Positions 1 to 9,464 of a DNA stretch of 64,000 nucleotides are shown here, piece after piece. A program made the position numbers and the translations under genes. Positions within the stretch are counted from its first letter, which is position 1. Each line of letters starts with the position of its first letter. Below the pieces are notes generated by a model. It saw only the letters and a program-made list of their open reading frames with translations, was not told the origin of the DNA and searched no databases. Source of the DNA: Candidatus Woesearchaeota archaeon. Its GTDB lineage: Archaea > Nanobdellota > Nanobdellia > UBA10117 > ARS21. The stretch lies in contig CAYFNR010000002.1 in assembly GCA_964344605.1 (NCBI GenBank), forward strand, positions 2,140 to 66,139, given 5' to 3'.

Positions 1-65
1 CATTTTAATCACTGCAATATATATGACGCAAGATATAAATAACTTTCTTCATAAGCGCCGTCTAG

Positions 66-527
66 CTATTTTTCGGTTTCACTGGCCGGTACGAACCTTC
101 CAGGCATCCTCATAGGTAGTGGTAGGTTCAAACCTTCAGATATTGGCACCGCTTTACCAAGTCCAACTACAAGTATTCTGTTTTTGATTAGAGCATCTAT
201 TTCTGGATCCATTTTCTTCTTTTTCCAATCTTTTATAATCTTTTTCAGCTCTTTTTCTTCCCCCATTGCTAGAATGGCTCCTTCTACACTTATAGATGAC
301 TTCCCACTGTAATCTGCCTTGAAAATAAAGTCGAAGGCTATGCCTGATTTTTTCTCTCCACCAGGGAAAAGTTCCCGGATCTCAGCGTTTTCAACCCTAA
401 CATCCATATTTATAGTTAAATTAGCGTCAATGTCTCCTTTACGCTCACCCAAAATTCTATCTAACCTGTGACCTACGATTTGCATTGTTTTGGCAATAAT
501 ACGAGTAAGGTTTTTAAAACTTGTCAA
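66..527 (-). CDS. hypothetical protein (153 aa), downstream of Cys-rich surface protein gene
   Basis: Intact ORF overlapping stop of upstream gene by 4 nt (operon-like); no recognisable motifs. Confidence 0.4.
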   Translation of the reverse strand: MTSFKNLTRIIAKTMQIVGHRLDRILGERKGDIDANLTINMDVRVENAEIRELFPGGEKKSGIAFDFIFKADYSGKSSISVEGAILAMGEEKELKKIIKDWKKKKMDPEIDALIKNRILVVGLGKAVPISEGLNLPLPMRMPGRFVPASETEK

Positions 528-1765
528 AATTCTTTCGCTTTTCTGGCGATTCTAATAATGGACCCAAGATAGATTACTACTCCAACTAAAAAGAAGACTA
601 GGATGGTTAAAGCAAGCCTCTGACTTTCCTTCTCTTTTAGCAATATTGTGGAAACACATTTTTTGTCGTCTCCACAAACTTCGCTTTTACATTCATAATC
701 ATTTCCACATACAGAACCTCCTGCTTTTATGGTTTTCCACCCCGAATCAGAACAGTAAAATGTTCCACCAAAACTTAGATTAGAACGCTCCCCAATATTT
801 TCACATACTCTGAACTCTTCCACGCACTCTCCAGCCGAGCAGGTCAGACCAGTTGTACAGCCACAGTCATTTACACAGCTTTCACAAGTTTCAGGATATT
901 CACATTTGTTATCTCCGCACACAACTTGATGTGGACAGTCATTGTCATTTATTTCTGTGCATCCTGGTGGACAGAAGCCATCGTTGAATTTACATTCTGT
1001 TATGTTTGAAAATATACAACTTCTTGGGTTTGCGTCAGTCCCATACCCTGAGCAAGCACCAACTATCCCTCGACTAGTATCGTCGCAGTCGTAGTCATAC
1101 GAGCAAGTGTTGTTTGCTGAACAATCTGAGTCTTTTCCTTCACCAGCCGTGCCGTACTCACAGCCAGATGGGCAGAAATCATCTGCATTTTTACATTCAG
1201 TATTTGGTACGTATTCACATTCTCCTGGATTCCTTGCATCTCCATTGCAAGAGTCAATTGTTCCGGGGTTGTCATCATCACAATCTCTGTCTTTGTAGCA
1301 TGGCTTGTAACAGTCACTATCCATCATCCAGTTACATGTGGTAGGACAACAACCGTCACTGTCAACACAAGCGGTAATGTTTTTGGAATGGTCTTCACAT
1401 GTTCTGGGCCGACCGGAGCATTTGTTAATAGTACATGCATTTCCGTCGTTACAATCTTCATCAGTAGTGCATAAATGCCGCCATTTAGCCGTCATTATTA
1501 TTGTGGCCATTCGCTCATTTGGATCTTGCGCGAAAAAAGTTTCATTTATCGTGACATTGACTCCATCTATTACAGATGAGTCTGAAACGACTCCAGTGGT
1601 ATTGTAATCTATACGGACTAGCACATTGCCGTTGCTAGCTACAGACAACAGCTCAAGAAATCTTGTGTCTGCTTCTATGGTTTCTCCGACTTTAATAGTC
1701 TCTTCAACTGGTGAGAAAGCTGCTACTGTAGGAATTATGAATAGTAGGAGTAGCAGGCGTCGCAT
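524..1765 (-). CDS. secreted cysteine-rich repeat protein with N-terminal signal peptide and C-terminal TM anchor
   Basis: N-term MRRLLLLLFIIPTVAAF hydrophobic signal; ~60 Cys in repeated D-x-D-C / C-x-x-G-C spacing with internal repeats (ECKNADDFCPSGCEY.. / ECKFNDGFCPPGCTE..); C-term hydrophobic helix LALTILVFFLVGVVIYLGSII followed by basic tail. Confidence 0.6.
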   Translation of the reverse strand: MRRLLLLLFIIPTVAAFSPVEETIKVGETIEADTRFLELLSVASNGNVLVRIDYNTTGVVSDSSVIDGVNVTINETFFAQDPNERMATIIMTAKWRHLCTTDEDCNDGNACTINKCSGRPRTCEDHSKNITACVDSDGCCPTTCNWMMDSDCYKPCYKDRDCDDDNPGTIDSCNGDARNPGECEYVPNTECKNADDFCPSGCEYGTAGEGKDSDCSANNTCSYDYDCDDTSRGIVGACSGYGTDANPRSCIFSNITECKFNDGFCPPGCTEINDNDCPHQVVCGDNKCEYPETCESCVNDCGCTTGLTCSAGECVEEFRVCENIGERSNLSFGGTFYCSDSGWKTIKAGGSVCGNDYECKSEVCGDDKKCVSTILLKEKESQRLALTILVFFLVGVVIYLGSIIRIARKAKEF

Positions 1766-1803
1766 ATTGAAAAATGACGTCAGAGATATAAATAGTTTAA
1801 GAA

Positions 1804-1876
1804 TAGCCCCGGCCGGATTCGAACCGACGTCACGAGGCCCAGAACCTCGTATGATTAACCACTACACCACAGGGCT
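1804..1876 (-). tRNA. tRNA-Gln (anticodon CTG)
   Basis: Cloverleaf read by hand on minus strand: acceptor AGCCCTG/CGGGGCT, anticodon stem CGAGG/CCTCG with loop TTCTGGG, T-arm GTCGG-TTCGAAT-CCGGC, discriminator A. Confidence 0.75.
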
Positions 1877-1919
1877 ATAACATAAGCGTTATAAACTTCA
1901 TTTTAAAAGGTTTCTCTAA

Positions 1920-1991
1920 GGGCCCGTAGTGTAGTGGATATCACGGAAGCTTGCGGAGCTTCAGACCTGAGTTCGATTCTCAGTGGGCCCG
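1920..1991 (+). tRNA. tRNA-Arg (anticodon GCG)
   Basis: Acceptor GGGCCCG/TGGGCCC, anticodon stem GAAGC/GCTTC loop TTGCGGA, T-arm CTGAG-TTCGATT-CTCAG, discriminator G; divergent from tRNA-Gln with 43-bp AT-rich spacer. Confidence 0.8.
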
Positions 1992-1992
1992 T

Positions 1993-2304
1993 TCATTTCA
2001 AAATTATGGAGAAGATGGCATGTGGAACGCCACTTATTTTCGTCACATTTTCTGGCTTAACTAAGCCCAAATCCAAACCACATCCTACGGCTTTTTCCCC
2101 AACCATATTGGCGTCAACGGAATTCAACAGTAGTTCTTTAATAGTTTTATCATCTCCAGAATCTTCTTGGTAGAAGCGTGGATTTACAAAGAATTCTATT
2201 TGTTTTTTATCATCTTTTAATTTTTTGCCTGCAAGGTTTTTGTCACAGACAGCCAAAAGTCTACCTTGGTTGCTTTTATGAATCTTATAGAAAAGATTTT
2301 TCAT
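1993..2304 (-). CDS. small conserved archaeal protein, DUF424-like, co-operonic with aIF2 beta
   Basis: 103-aa ORF from internal ATG (MKNLFYKIHKS..) giving ATGA overlap with aIF2-beta stop; LAVCD..LAGKK and GVPHA motifs recall DUF424/COG2412 family. Confidence 0.45.
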   Translation of the reverse strand: MKNLFYKIHKSNQGRLLAVCDKNLAGKKLKDDKKQIEFFVNPRFYQEDSGDDKTIKELLLNSVDANMVGEKAVGCGLDLGLVKPENVTKISGVPHAIFSIILK

Positions 2305-2726
2305 TTTATTGTTCTTACAGTACTCCTTGCTCCACAAGCTTCGCACTGCTTGAAAGTTACTCCCCTATCTTTTAGGAGCTTTGTATCGGGTTTATTACAT
2401 TGATCACAAAGGACAAATTCCTTAATGTATTTGTCTATTTTTTCATTCAGTGCCTTTGAGCTGAACTTTCCAATGAAAGTCACAGTTTCCTTGCCACTAC
2501 CTGTGGTGGCCAGTTCTCTCAGAAGAAATTTTAATAGGTGCTTTTGTGGCCGGCCAAGCTTGTTCGATATTTGAGAGAGATTTGTTACAATCGTCTTGTT
2601 ACCTTGAATACTTCCAGTTACTGAAGGTACTTCAAAACGGGTTGTCTTTTTGCTGACAGCTGGTAAGTTTTTGTAAGCCCTTTCTAACATCTTTTCGTAT
2701 GTGTGCTTCCAAGCCATGAAAAACAC
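2301..2726 (-). CDS. eif2b: translation initiation factor aIF2 beta subunit
   Basis: C-terminal zinc ribbon C-D-Q-C ... C-E-A-C, conserved central region (KKTTRFEVP, TIVTNL, LLKFLLRELATTG). Confidence 0.8.
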   Translation of the reverse strand: MFFMAWKHTYEKMLERAYKNLPAVSKKTTRFEVPSVTGSIQGNKTIVTNLSQISNKLGRPQKHLLKFLLRELATTGSGKETVTFIGKFSSKALNEKIDKYIKEFVLCDQCNKPDTKLLKDRGVTFKQCEACGARSTVRTIK

Positions 2727-2760
2727 TAAAAAGGGATATTTAATAGACTTTCGGTCTAAC

Positions 2761-3438
2761 TTACTCTAAAATTTTAAGAAAACCTTTCTTAGGTTCGAAG
2801 ATATCTCCTGATTTTAATAGGCCAACTATTACATTTTTAGCATCCTCTTCTTCTAATTTGGATTCTTCTATCACTTTTTTGATGTCCGCACCATTTTCTT
2901 TGTCAAGCCCTTTAATAATTTCAAGAACTTTCGTACTCAAATTTTCCTCAGATATCACTTCTACTTCCACACTTTCATCTATCTTTTTTTCTGAAGTTTT
3001 TTGTGCTTGCGGTTCTGCATCTAATTTATCTTGTATAATAGGTTTACCTAGCTCCAAACGTCGTACTAGGACCCAGTTGGGATCGTTAATGATTTTAACA
3101 ATTTCAGGTGATAGATGGATTTCCTCGTTGTATTCTCTAACTTTCCCAACAAACCGTACAACTCCACCTATTTTCACTTCTTTTATTTTGAAAACATCAG
3201 GACCAAATGCTTTGCATCGAATTGTATCTGAACCGTCATCTAGAGTAATAGTAGCATAATTCCCATCTTCAGAACTGAATTTACTGACAACTGTCGCTAA
3301 TAGATTAACACGAGATATCTGTTTTCCATTCACTTCAATGTAATTTGGGTTCCATCCTTCTTGTTTGATATAGGTACCACTAGTTAACGAGCTTATCCAT
3401 ATTTTATACGCAGTTTGTCTTTTGATTGGTGGTGCCAT
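2761..3438 (-). CDS. RPA32-like ssDNA-binding protein (OB fold + C-terminal winged helix), co-operonic with MCM
   Basis: OB-fold pattern (VNLLATVVS..ATITLDDGSDTIRCKAFG..GGVVRFVGKVREYNEEIHLSPEIVKIINDPNWVLVRRLEL) typical of RPA32/Stn1 including the DPNE..H.LE hinge; acidic linker; C-term LLKSGDIFEPKKGFLKILE wH-like motif; start/stop shares nt 3438 with MCM. Confidence 0.55.
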   Translation of the reverse strand: MAPPIKRQTAYKIWISSLTSGTYIKQEGWNPNYIEVNGKQISRVNLLATVVSKFSSEDGNYATITLDDGSDTIRCKAFGPDVFKIKEVKIGGVVRFVGKVREYNEEIHLSPEIVKIINDPNWVLVRRLELGKPIIQDKLDAEPQAQKTSEKKIDESVEVEVISEENLSTKVLEIIKGLDKENGADIKKVIEESKLEEEDAKNVIVGLLKSGDIFEPKKGFLKILE

Positions 3439-5468
3439 TAACTAATCTTTTGTATCATCCCCGCTCTGGGCTCGAAGATATCTCCCTTCTTTTTTAAGTT
3501 GTCTATGACTTCTTTAATCTTTTCTCTGTCGAAGCCGCTACTTTCTGCAGAGTTAATAACCTCTGAGATAGGTATGCTCTTTCCAAATTTATCCTCTAAA
3601 TCATCTATTATTTTCTTTACGGAAACAATTCTACTTCTCTGGGTTGCAGTGATTCCAGAGGCTATCCTATCTATATCAAATTTACCCGTTTCGGGATCTG
3701 TTCCCACCTCTGCCATAGAAGAGTTGACCAAATCTATTGCTCGTTTCGCATCCTCTTTGGAGACTTTGTTTGAAAGCCTTACTTTGGCAGATGCTTCAGC
3801 AAGTCTGACCAAGGCTTGTAGTTGTCTTGGAGATATAGGGATGGATTTTACATCTCCAGACTCACTCGCTGCAGAGGTTCTAAGTTTTACATAATAATTC
3901 CTAATAACTTCACTTGCTACTGCCGTAAGTTTCGGTTTACAGCTTTGCTTGGCATAGGCTATGTATTTTCTCATAAGTTCTATGTCTATATCTCCCTTTT
4001 TTGAATCCATATCACCCTGTAGTTCTAATATGTGCTGGGCCAAAGCTTCATCCACTTTTGCATTAGGTATATCTCTTATTGTGAATATCAAATCAAATCT
4101 GTTTAACAATGTTGAGGGCATATTTATTTGATTAGGTATTGGAGAGAAAGGATCAAATCTTCCGAACTTTGGATTTGCGGCCGCTAAAACAGAAGTCTCC
4201 GCTCTTAATGTTGCCTGTATGTTCGCCTTCGAAATTGTGACTGTCTGCTGCTCCAACGCTTCGTGCATTGCGGAACTGTCTTCCACACTCATCTTGTCCA
4301 ATTCATCAATACAGGCAATACCTTTATTTGCTAAGACTAACGTTCCAGCCTCTAAAGTCCAACCGCCAAGGAAGTCATCTTTAACTACAGAGGCAGTAAT
4401 ACCTGCTGCAGAAGTACCTTTACCGGCGATGTAACGAGACTTTGGGGCTAGATGATTGATATATCTTAGCATCAAGGATTTTCCTGCACCTGGATCTCCC
4501 ACTAAAAAGATATGGATGTCTCCCCTGAGCTCTGTGCCATCTGACTTAACTTTTCTTACTCCACCGAAAAGCTGCAATGCTATAGATTCCTTAACTTTTG
4601 GATATCCATATATGGATGGTGCGATGGAATTTACTATCTTTTCATATATGTCTGGTCTTCCAGCTAAGCTCTTAATTATTCTTTCATCCTCTTTACTAAT
4701 TTTAATTTCCCCAAATTCTTCTTCAACAGTCTCTATGTGATTAGAATCTATTAATATATCATATTTTGTTGATGTTCCTCCGCCTCTTATCGCAGCCGGA
4801 ACTTCCCTAAGAATACCAACTATTTTTATCTTGTTTCCTGGATACCGTTTTTTTTCAAGATTTGGATCTAATAAATCTTCTTCTAAATAACATCTTATCC
4901 TCTTTGGTTGCTCACCCCCATCTAAATTTTCTGGAGATTCTTCAATAACTAGCGTCTGAACATCTACTAGTTTGTCTTTTATCCTGCGAAATCTTGTTTT
5001 TCTTGAGCATTGGTTGCACTTCGTTGGCTCTCTTAACTTTGTGTCTATCTGTGGGACAAGAATTTTTCCATTACATTTAGGGCACTCAAAGGTTGACATC
5101 ACGGTCTTGGGTCTTATGTCTGAAGCTTGTCTAATCAACCCCTCCGTTACAATCATCTTATGTAAGTGCTTACTTCGTAAGTTCCTAATTCTCAAAAATT
5201 GACTTTTAGGTAGATTAAAGAATCTTATACAAATGTCTTTTTCGTATCCCAAAGTCTTCGCTTTCTCACTTGTGGCTTCTTCGAAATCTTCTACTGTTTT
5301 TTCTGGACTGGAGAGAAGGTCTTCGGCCAATGCCGTATCAAATCTGTTGAGCTTTGAGAAATCTATTTGTAAACTTATTCCTCCCCTCTTGACGACTTCA
5401 CTTAGGTCCTTCTGATAACGTAAATCTAAGAATTTTCTAAACTTCGCGGGCCGGTCTTCTACAACCAT
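3438..5468 (-). CDS. mcm: MCM replicative helicase
   Basis: C4 zinc finger (CPKCN..CNQCSRK), Walker A GDPGAGKS, Walker B IDELDKM, arginine finger region SVLAAANP, C-terminal winged helix; 676 aa, no intein. Confidence 0.95.
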   Translation of the reverse strand: MVVEDRPAKFRKFLDLRYQKDLSEVVKRGGISLQIDFSKLNRFDTALAEDLLSSPEKTVEDFEEATSEKAKTLGYEKDICIRFFNLPKSQFLRIRNLRSKHLHKMIVTEGLIRQASDIRPKTVMSTFECPKCNGKILVPQIDTKLREPTKCNQCSRKTRFRRIKDKLVDVQTLVIEESPENLDGGEQPKRIRCYLEEDLLDPNLEKKRYPGNKIKIVGILREVPAAIRGGGTSTKYDILIDSNHIETVEEEFGEIKISKEDERIIKSLAGRPDIYEKIVNSIAPSIYGYPKVKESIALQLFGGVRKVKSDGTELRGDIHIFLVGDPGAGKSLMLRYINHLAPKSRYIAGKGTSAAGITASVVKDDFLGGWTLEAGTLVLANKGIACIDELDKMSVEDSSAMHEALEQQTVTISKANIQATLRAETSVLAAANPKFGRFDPFSPIPNQINMPSTLLNRFDLIFTIRDIPNAKVDEALAQHILELQGDMDSKKGDIDIELMRKYIAYAKQSCKPKLTAVASEVIRNYYVKLRTSAASESGDVKSIPISPRQLQALVRLAEASAKVRLSNKVSKEDAKRAIDLVNSSMAEVGTDPETGKFDIDRIASGITATQRSRIVSVKKIIDDLEDKFGKSIPISEVINSAESSGFDREKIKEVIDNLKKKGDIFEPRAGMIQKIS

Positions 5469-5516
5469 ACCAGATATTATATTAATCTGATTAAAATGAT
5501 TTCTATAGAGAACCTA

Positions 5517-6095
5517 TTACTTTAGTTCCTTCACTTTTATGAGCTGCTTCCTTAGTAGTCTGACGGCTTCCTTTATCTGATTTTCAGACTTCGCGCCAGT
5601 GATGACTATCTTTCCAGTACCAAAAAGAAGAAAGGTTATGTTGCTTAGAACAGGAGAACCAGTAAGTTTGTAAACCAATCCAGGGAACTGTTCTGGTTCG
5701 TATTCTGTGTTGTCAAACTTGAACACGATTTCGTTAAGATTTAGAGCTCCACCAACAGATCCTGATGCAACCATATTCTGAACTTTGATATCTGGAGTGC
5801 CCTCAACTTTGATCCCAACTTTTCCAAGCTCTTCAACTAGTCTGCTGATTGCTTTCTTAGCTTCAGGTATGGATTTTGTTCCTGTACAAATGATTTTCCC
5901 TGAACTGAAAAGTAAAGAACTGGCTTTTGGATTTTCTATTTTGAATATCAAACCAGGAAACTGTTCTGGATTGTACTCCGCGTTGTCTAATTGTGTTGCT
6001 AGTTTTTCTAAAGGTAAATCGCGATGTATATCTGCAGATACGACAACATTTTCTGTCCTAGAATAGACTTTTTTTTCGACTTCAGGATGTGCCAT
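5517..6095 (-). CDS. tbp: TATA-box binding protein
   Basis: Two direct repeats each with EYxPEQFPGL(I/V)(F/Y)K; 192 aa. Confidence 0.95.
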   Translation of the reverse strand: MAHPEVEKKVYSRTENVVVSADIHRDLPLEKLATQLDNAEYNPEQFPGLIFKIENPKASSLLFSSGKIICTGTKSIPEAKKAISRLVEELGKVGIKVEGTPDIKVQNMVASGSVGGALNLNEIVFKFDNTEYEPEQFPGLVYKLTGSPVLSNITFLLFGTGKIVITGAKSENQIKEAVRLLRKQLIKVKELK

Positions 6096-6149
6096 AAGCT
6101 AACCTTAGAAAAGAAAACTATTTAAATGCTTTTTAAACTCCAACAGTGA

Positions 6150-9100
6150 TTAAGCCTTTTCTATAGCTATTTTGAATCCAACACCTTGAATCTCAACAGG
6201 TGTTTGGTTCTTCAAAGATATTTCTTTAACTAGGGAAACTTTTGCTGCATTAATCTTTGCTTTTATGTTATCTGAAGTGAGTCCAACATCACGTGAAGCG
6301 CTTACTTCAACATTGACTTTCTCAGATTTTCTAAGATTCAACTCCCTCCTCATCTCTTGTACTTTACGAGCTATTTCTCTGCTGTACCCAGAAGTGAGCA
6401 TATCTTTGGTTTGTTCAAGGTCCAGATATACAATGTATTCTCTTCTTGCAACACCCGTGATTCCTTTTGGTAAAGTCCTGCGGATTACAATATCGTCACC
6501 TTTAAGAAGAATCTGCTTCCCTTCAACTTTAAGCCTCACTCCTGTGTCAGTGGAGTCTTTTACAATTTTTGATACGGAAACTTTAGATAAAGCAGCACTT
6601 ATGTTGGAAGTTAGCTTACCATATTTTCCTCCAACCTTCTTGAAGTTCAATTTGGCATCGTATTTAACTCCACTGAGATCTTGCTTAAGGCTGACATTTT
6701 GACAGTTTGTCTGTTTCTTGATAACCCTAGAATGTTTCCTGGTGGCAGACAGCACAGTTCTGGAAGGACTTACGATTATAATTTTTTTAATTGGCCATCT
6801 TAAATTTCTCTTGATCCTATCTCTGAGTGCAAGGACATCAGATATGACACTTCCAACAAGCGCGAACTCCCTTTCCAAATGAGTATCTATCTGTGCTTTG
6901 TTTGCCGTCGGCAGCCTTTCTAAATGTACACTTTTCTCTTTTAATCCATATATTTTAAGATTTTGATATATCTTATCTGCAACGAAAGGACTTATTGGGG
7001 CCAACATTTTCAAGACCTCTGTTAGACATCGTAACAATACATATCCAACTTGTTCGTCTTTGTTTTCTATCCTTTCACGGACTAACTGTATGTATGTCCT
7101 GCTCAGATCATCCTTAATGAATTTGGACAGCCCTCGCCCCAATAAATGTATTTCAAAGCTCTCAGAAGCCTTTGGGTACAACTCTATCAATGAATTTAGT
7201 CTTGATATAATCCATTTATCTTCAGTTGCTGTAATCTTCTTTGGTTGGATATTCTTGAACTCACTTCTTAGATAATTATGCAAGTTCCAAAGAGTATTGA
7301 CAACTCCAAAAGTTTCTTTCTTTATTTCTTTTGGATTGAACTTTGCTAGTTCGTATGGTGCTACATTTGTAGCATAATATAAACGTATCAAATCGGCCCC
7401 CAAATCTCTTAGTCCTTCATCAGCCCATGTAACATTTCCAATGGACTTGGACATCTTTTCTCCTTTAGCATCAACCGTGAATGCAGGCATGGTGACAGTT
7501 TTGTAAGGTGCTTTGTTCCAGACGGAAACACCCAAATACATTTGTGAAAAGAACCAGCCTCTTATCTGGTCCGTCCCCTCACTTATCCTGGTAACTGGAT
7601 AATATTTCTTGAATAGTGCAAGATTTTTGTAAGGTGCTCCTATCCAACCCCAAGCCATAATTCCAGAGTCAAACCAAACATCCATTACATCAGGTAATTT
7701 TTTCATAGTTCCTTTACATTTTTTACATCTGAGATTTATCTGTGAAACATTGTGCAAGTCATAATTCTTAGGTAACTTTTTACCCATCAATTTTTCGAGT
7801 TCTTTTTTTGAACCAATAACGACTTTTTCCGTACAGCCCCCACATCGCCATAAAGGTATAGGTGTTCCCCAGAAACGCTGCCGTGATATGCCCCAGTCTT
7901 CATAATTTACTAACCAATTAGCCATCCTTTCTCTGGCAAATTCGGGCATCCAATTAACTTTGTTATTTTCAGACAGCATTTTTTTCCTTATTGGGTCTGT
8001 TTTGAAGAACCACTGTTTACTCATCCTAAATACTAAGGGTGTTTTGCTTCTCCAACATATTGGGAAACTGTGACTTATTCTTTCTTTATGTAATAGAAGA
8101 CCCTCTTTTTCTAAGTCCCTAATTATATCTTTGTCAGCGTCCTTAATAAATTTTCCAGCATATTTCCCAGCGTCCTTTGTAAAATTACAAGAATCATCTA
8201 AAGGACTCGGACTTGGATGGCCATAATATTTACCAACTTCGTTATCTGTTTTCCCGTGCCCTGGTGCGCTGTGGAGCAAGCCGGTCCCTTCTTCGACCGA
8301 GACGAAGTCCTCAAAGATATCTCTGGCTTTGACACCACGTTTTTCTGCGGCTTTTGGAGCCACCCTTTCCTTAAGAATTGGGATACTTCTTATGACGCGC
8401 CTGGATTCTTTAGGCAAGTTTCTTTGGACTGGAACGTCTAAAAGAGGTTCGTACTCAAGCCCAACGAGTTTTTCTCCTTTGAATTTTTCCAAAATTTTGT
8501 ATTTTATTTTGAGTCTGTCTAGAAGACCAATTCTTTTTTTGGCAAGAATTAGTTTACCTTTTGAAGTGCTAACTTTGACATACATCTCTTTGGGTGCTAC
8601 AGCTATAGACACATTTGAAGGTAAAGTCCAAGGCGTCGTTGTGAACACAAGTAAGTAAGCATCTTTAGTTTTTAGTTTGAATTTTACGTAGACAGCTGGA
8701 TCTGATAAGGTGGTCTGCTCAATTTCATTTCCTGCACAAGCAGTTTCGCATCGAGGACACCAATGAATAGGTTTTAGGCCTTCATACACTCTTCCTTGCT
8801 TCCAGATCTCTTTGAAAGTCCACCAACCACTTTCCAAATAAGAGTTGTTATATGTAAACTCGGGTTCTTTCCATGCCAACCAGTAACCAAATAACTCATA
8901 CAAGTCGGTCCAAAGCGATACATTGTCTTCAGTAAGTCTCCTGCATTCTTTCATGAACTTGTTCACACCAAATTTATAGACATCTTTTTTGCTTGTGAAG
9001 CCCAGTTTCTTTTCCACCATGTTCTCTATAGGTAGCCCATGCGTGTCAAATAGAACATTAATTGACACATTTCTGCCAGTCATGAAGGCATAACGCATGG

Positions 9101-9302
9101 CGAAGTCTTTCCATAAGAAATTCCTTAGGTGCCCAACGTGTGCCCTTGCATTTGCGTAGGGTGGGCCGTCAAGTATGATGTAAGGTTTACCAGATTTGTT
9201 TTTTTGTTGGAGAAGTTTAAGCAAGTTTATCTTTCTCCAATATATCCTCATTTCAGACTCAACTTTTTTAAAATTATAATTATCCATATCAACTAACCTC
9301 AC
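6150..9302 (-). CDS. ileS: isoleucyl-tRNA synthetase
   Basis: HIGH-type motif PPYANARAHVGH, KMSKS motif, CP1 editing domain, length 1050 aa. Confidence 0.95.
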   Translation of the reverse strand: MRLVDMDNYNFKKVESEMRIYWRKINLLKLLQQKNKSGKPYIILDGPPYANARAHVGHLRNFLWKDFAMRYAFMTGRNVSINVLFDTHGLPIENMVEKKLGFTSKKDVYKFGVNKFMKECRRLTEDNVSLWTDLYELFGYWLAWKEPEFTYNNSYLESGWWTFKEIWKQGRVYEGLKPIHWCPRCETACAGNEIEQTTLSDPAVYVKFKLKTKDAYLLVFTTTPWTLPSNVSIAVAPKEMYVKVSTSKGKLILAKKRIGLLDRLKIKYKILEKFKGEKLVGLEYEPLLDVPVQRNLPKESRRVIRSIPILKERVAPKAAEKRGVKARDIFEDFVSVEEGTGLLHSAPGHGKTDNEVGKYYGHPSPSPLDDSCNFTKDAGKYAGKFIKDADKDIIRDLEKEGLLLHKERISHSFPICWRSKTPLVFRMSKQWFFKTDPIRKKMLSENNKVNWMPEFARERMANWLVNYEDWGISRQRFWGTPIPLWRCGGCTEKVVIGSKKELEKLMGKKLPKNYDLHNVSQINLRCKKCKGTMKKLPDVMDVWFDSGIMAWGWIGAPYKNLALFKKYYPVTRISEGTDQIRGWFFSQMYLGVSVWNKAPYKTVTMPAFTVDAKGEKMSKSIGNVTWADEGLRDLGADLIRLYYATNVAPYELAKFNPKEIKKETFGVVNTLWNLHNYLRSEFKNIQPKKITATEDKWIISRLNSLIELYPKASESFEIHLLGRGLSKFIKDDLSRTYIQLVRERIENKDEQVGYVLLRCLTEVLKMLAPISPFVADKIYQNLKIYGLKEKSVHLERLPTANKAQIDTHLEREFALVGSVISDVLALRDRIKRNLRWPIKKIIIVSPSRTVLSATRKHSRVIKKQTNCQNVSLKQDLSGVKYDAKLNFKKVGGKYGKLTSNISAALSKVSVSKIVKDSTDTGVRLKVEGKQILLKGDDIVIRRTLPKGITGVARREYIVYLDLEQTKDMLTSGYSREIARKVQEMRRELNLRKSEKVNVEVSASRDVGLTSDNIKAKINAAKVSLVKEISLKNQTPVEIQGVGFKIAIEKA

Positions 9303-9464
9303 AAAAGTAATTTAAGAAACTTGTGATTAGCCCAGCATTCTTTTCATTATAGAATGGGATAACCACTTCGCATATTCTTTAATTGGAGATCAACCTTAAA
9401 AAACTTTTGATGCCGCTCTTTCAAACAAATCCTTTTATATCTAAAAGCAAAGTTAAGGACTGCA

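Noticed and set aside
1063-1607. Several + and - strand ORFs inside the Cys-rich protein gene
   Set aside because: They are alternative frames of a long, well-supported ORF and encode low-complexity sequence.
1626-2173. ORFs 1626..1880(+) and 1934..2173(+)
   Set aside because: They overlap tRNA-Gln and tRNA-Arg respectively and run antisense to, or through, the better-supported minus-strand genes.
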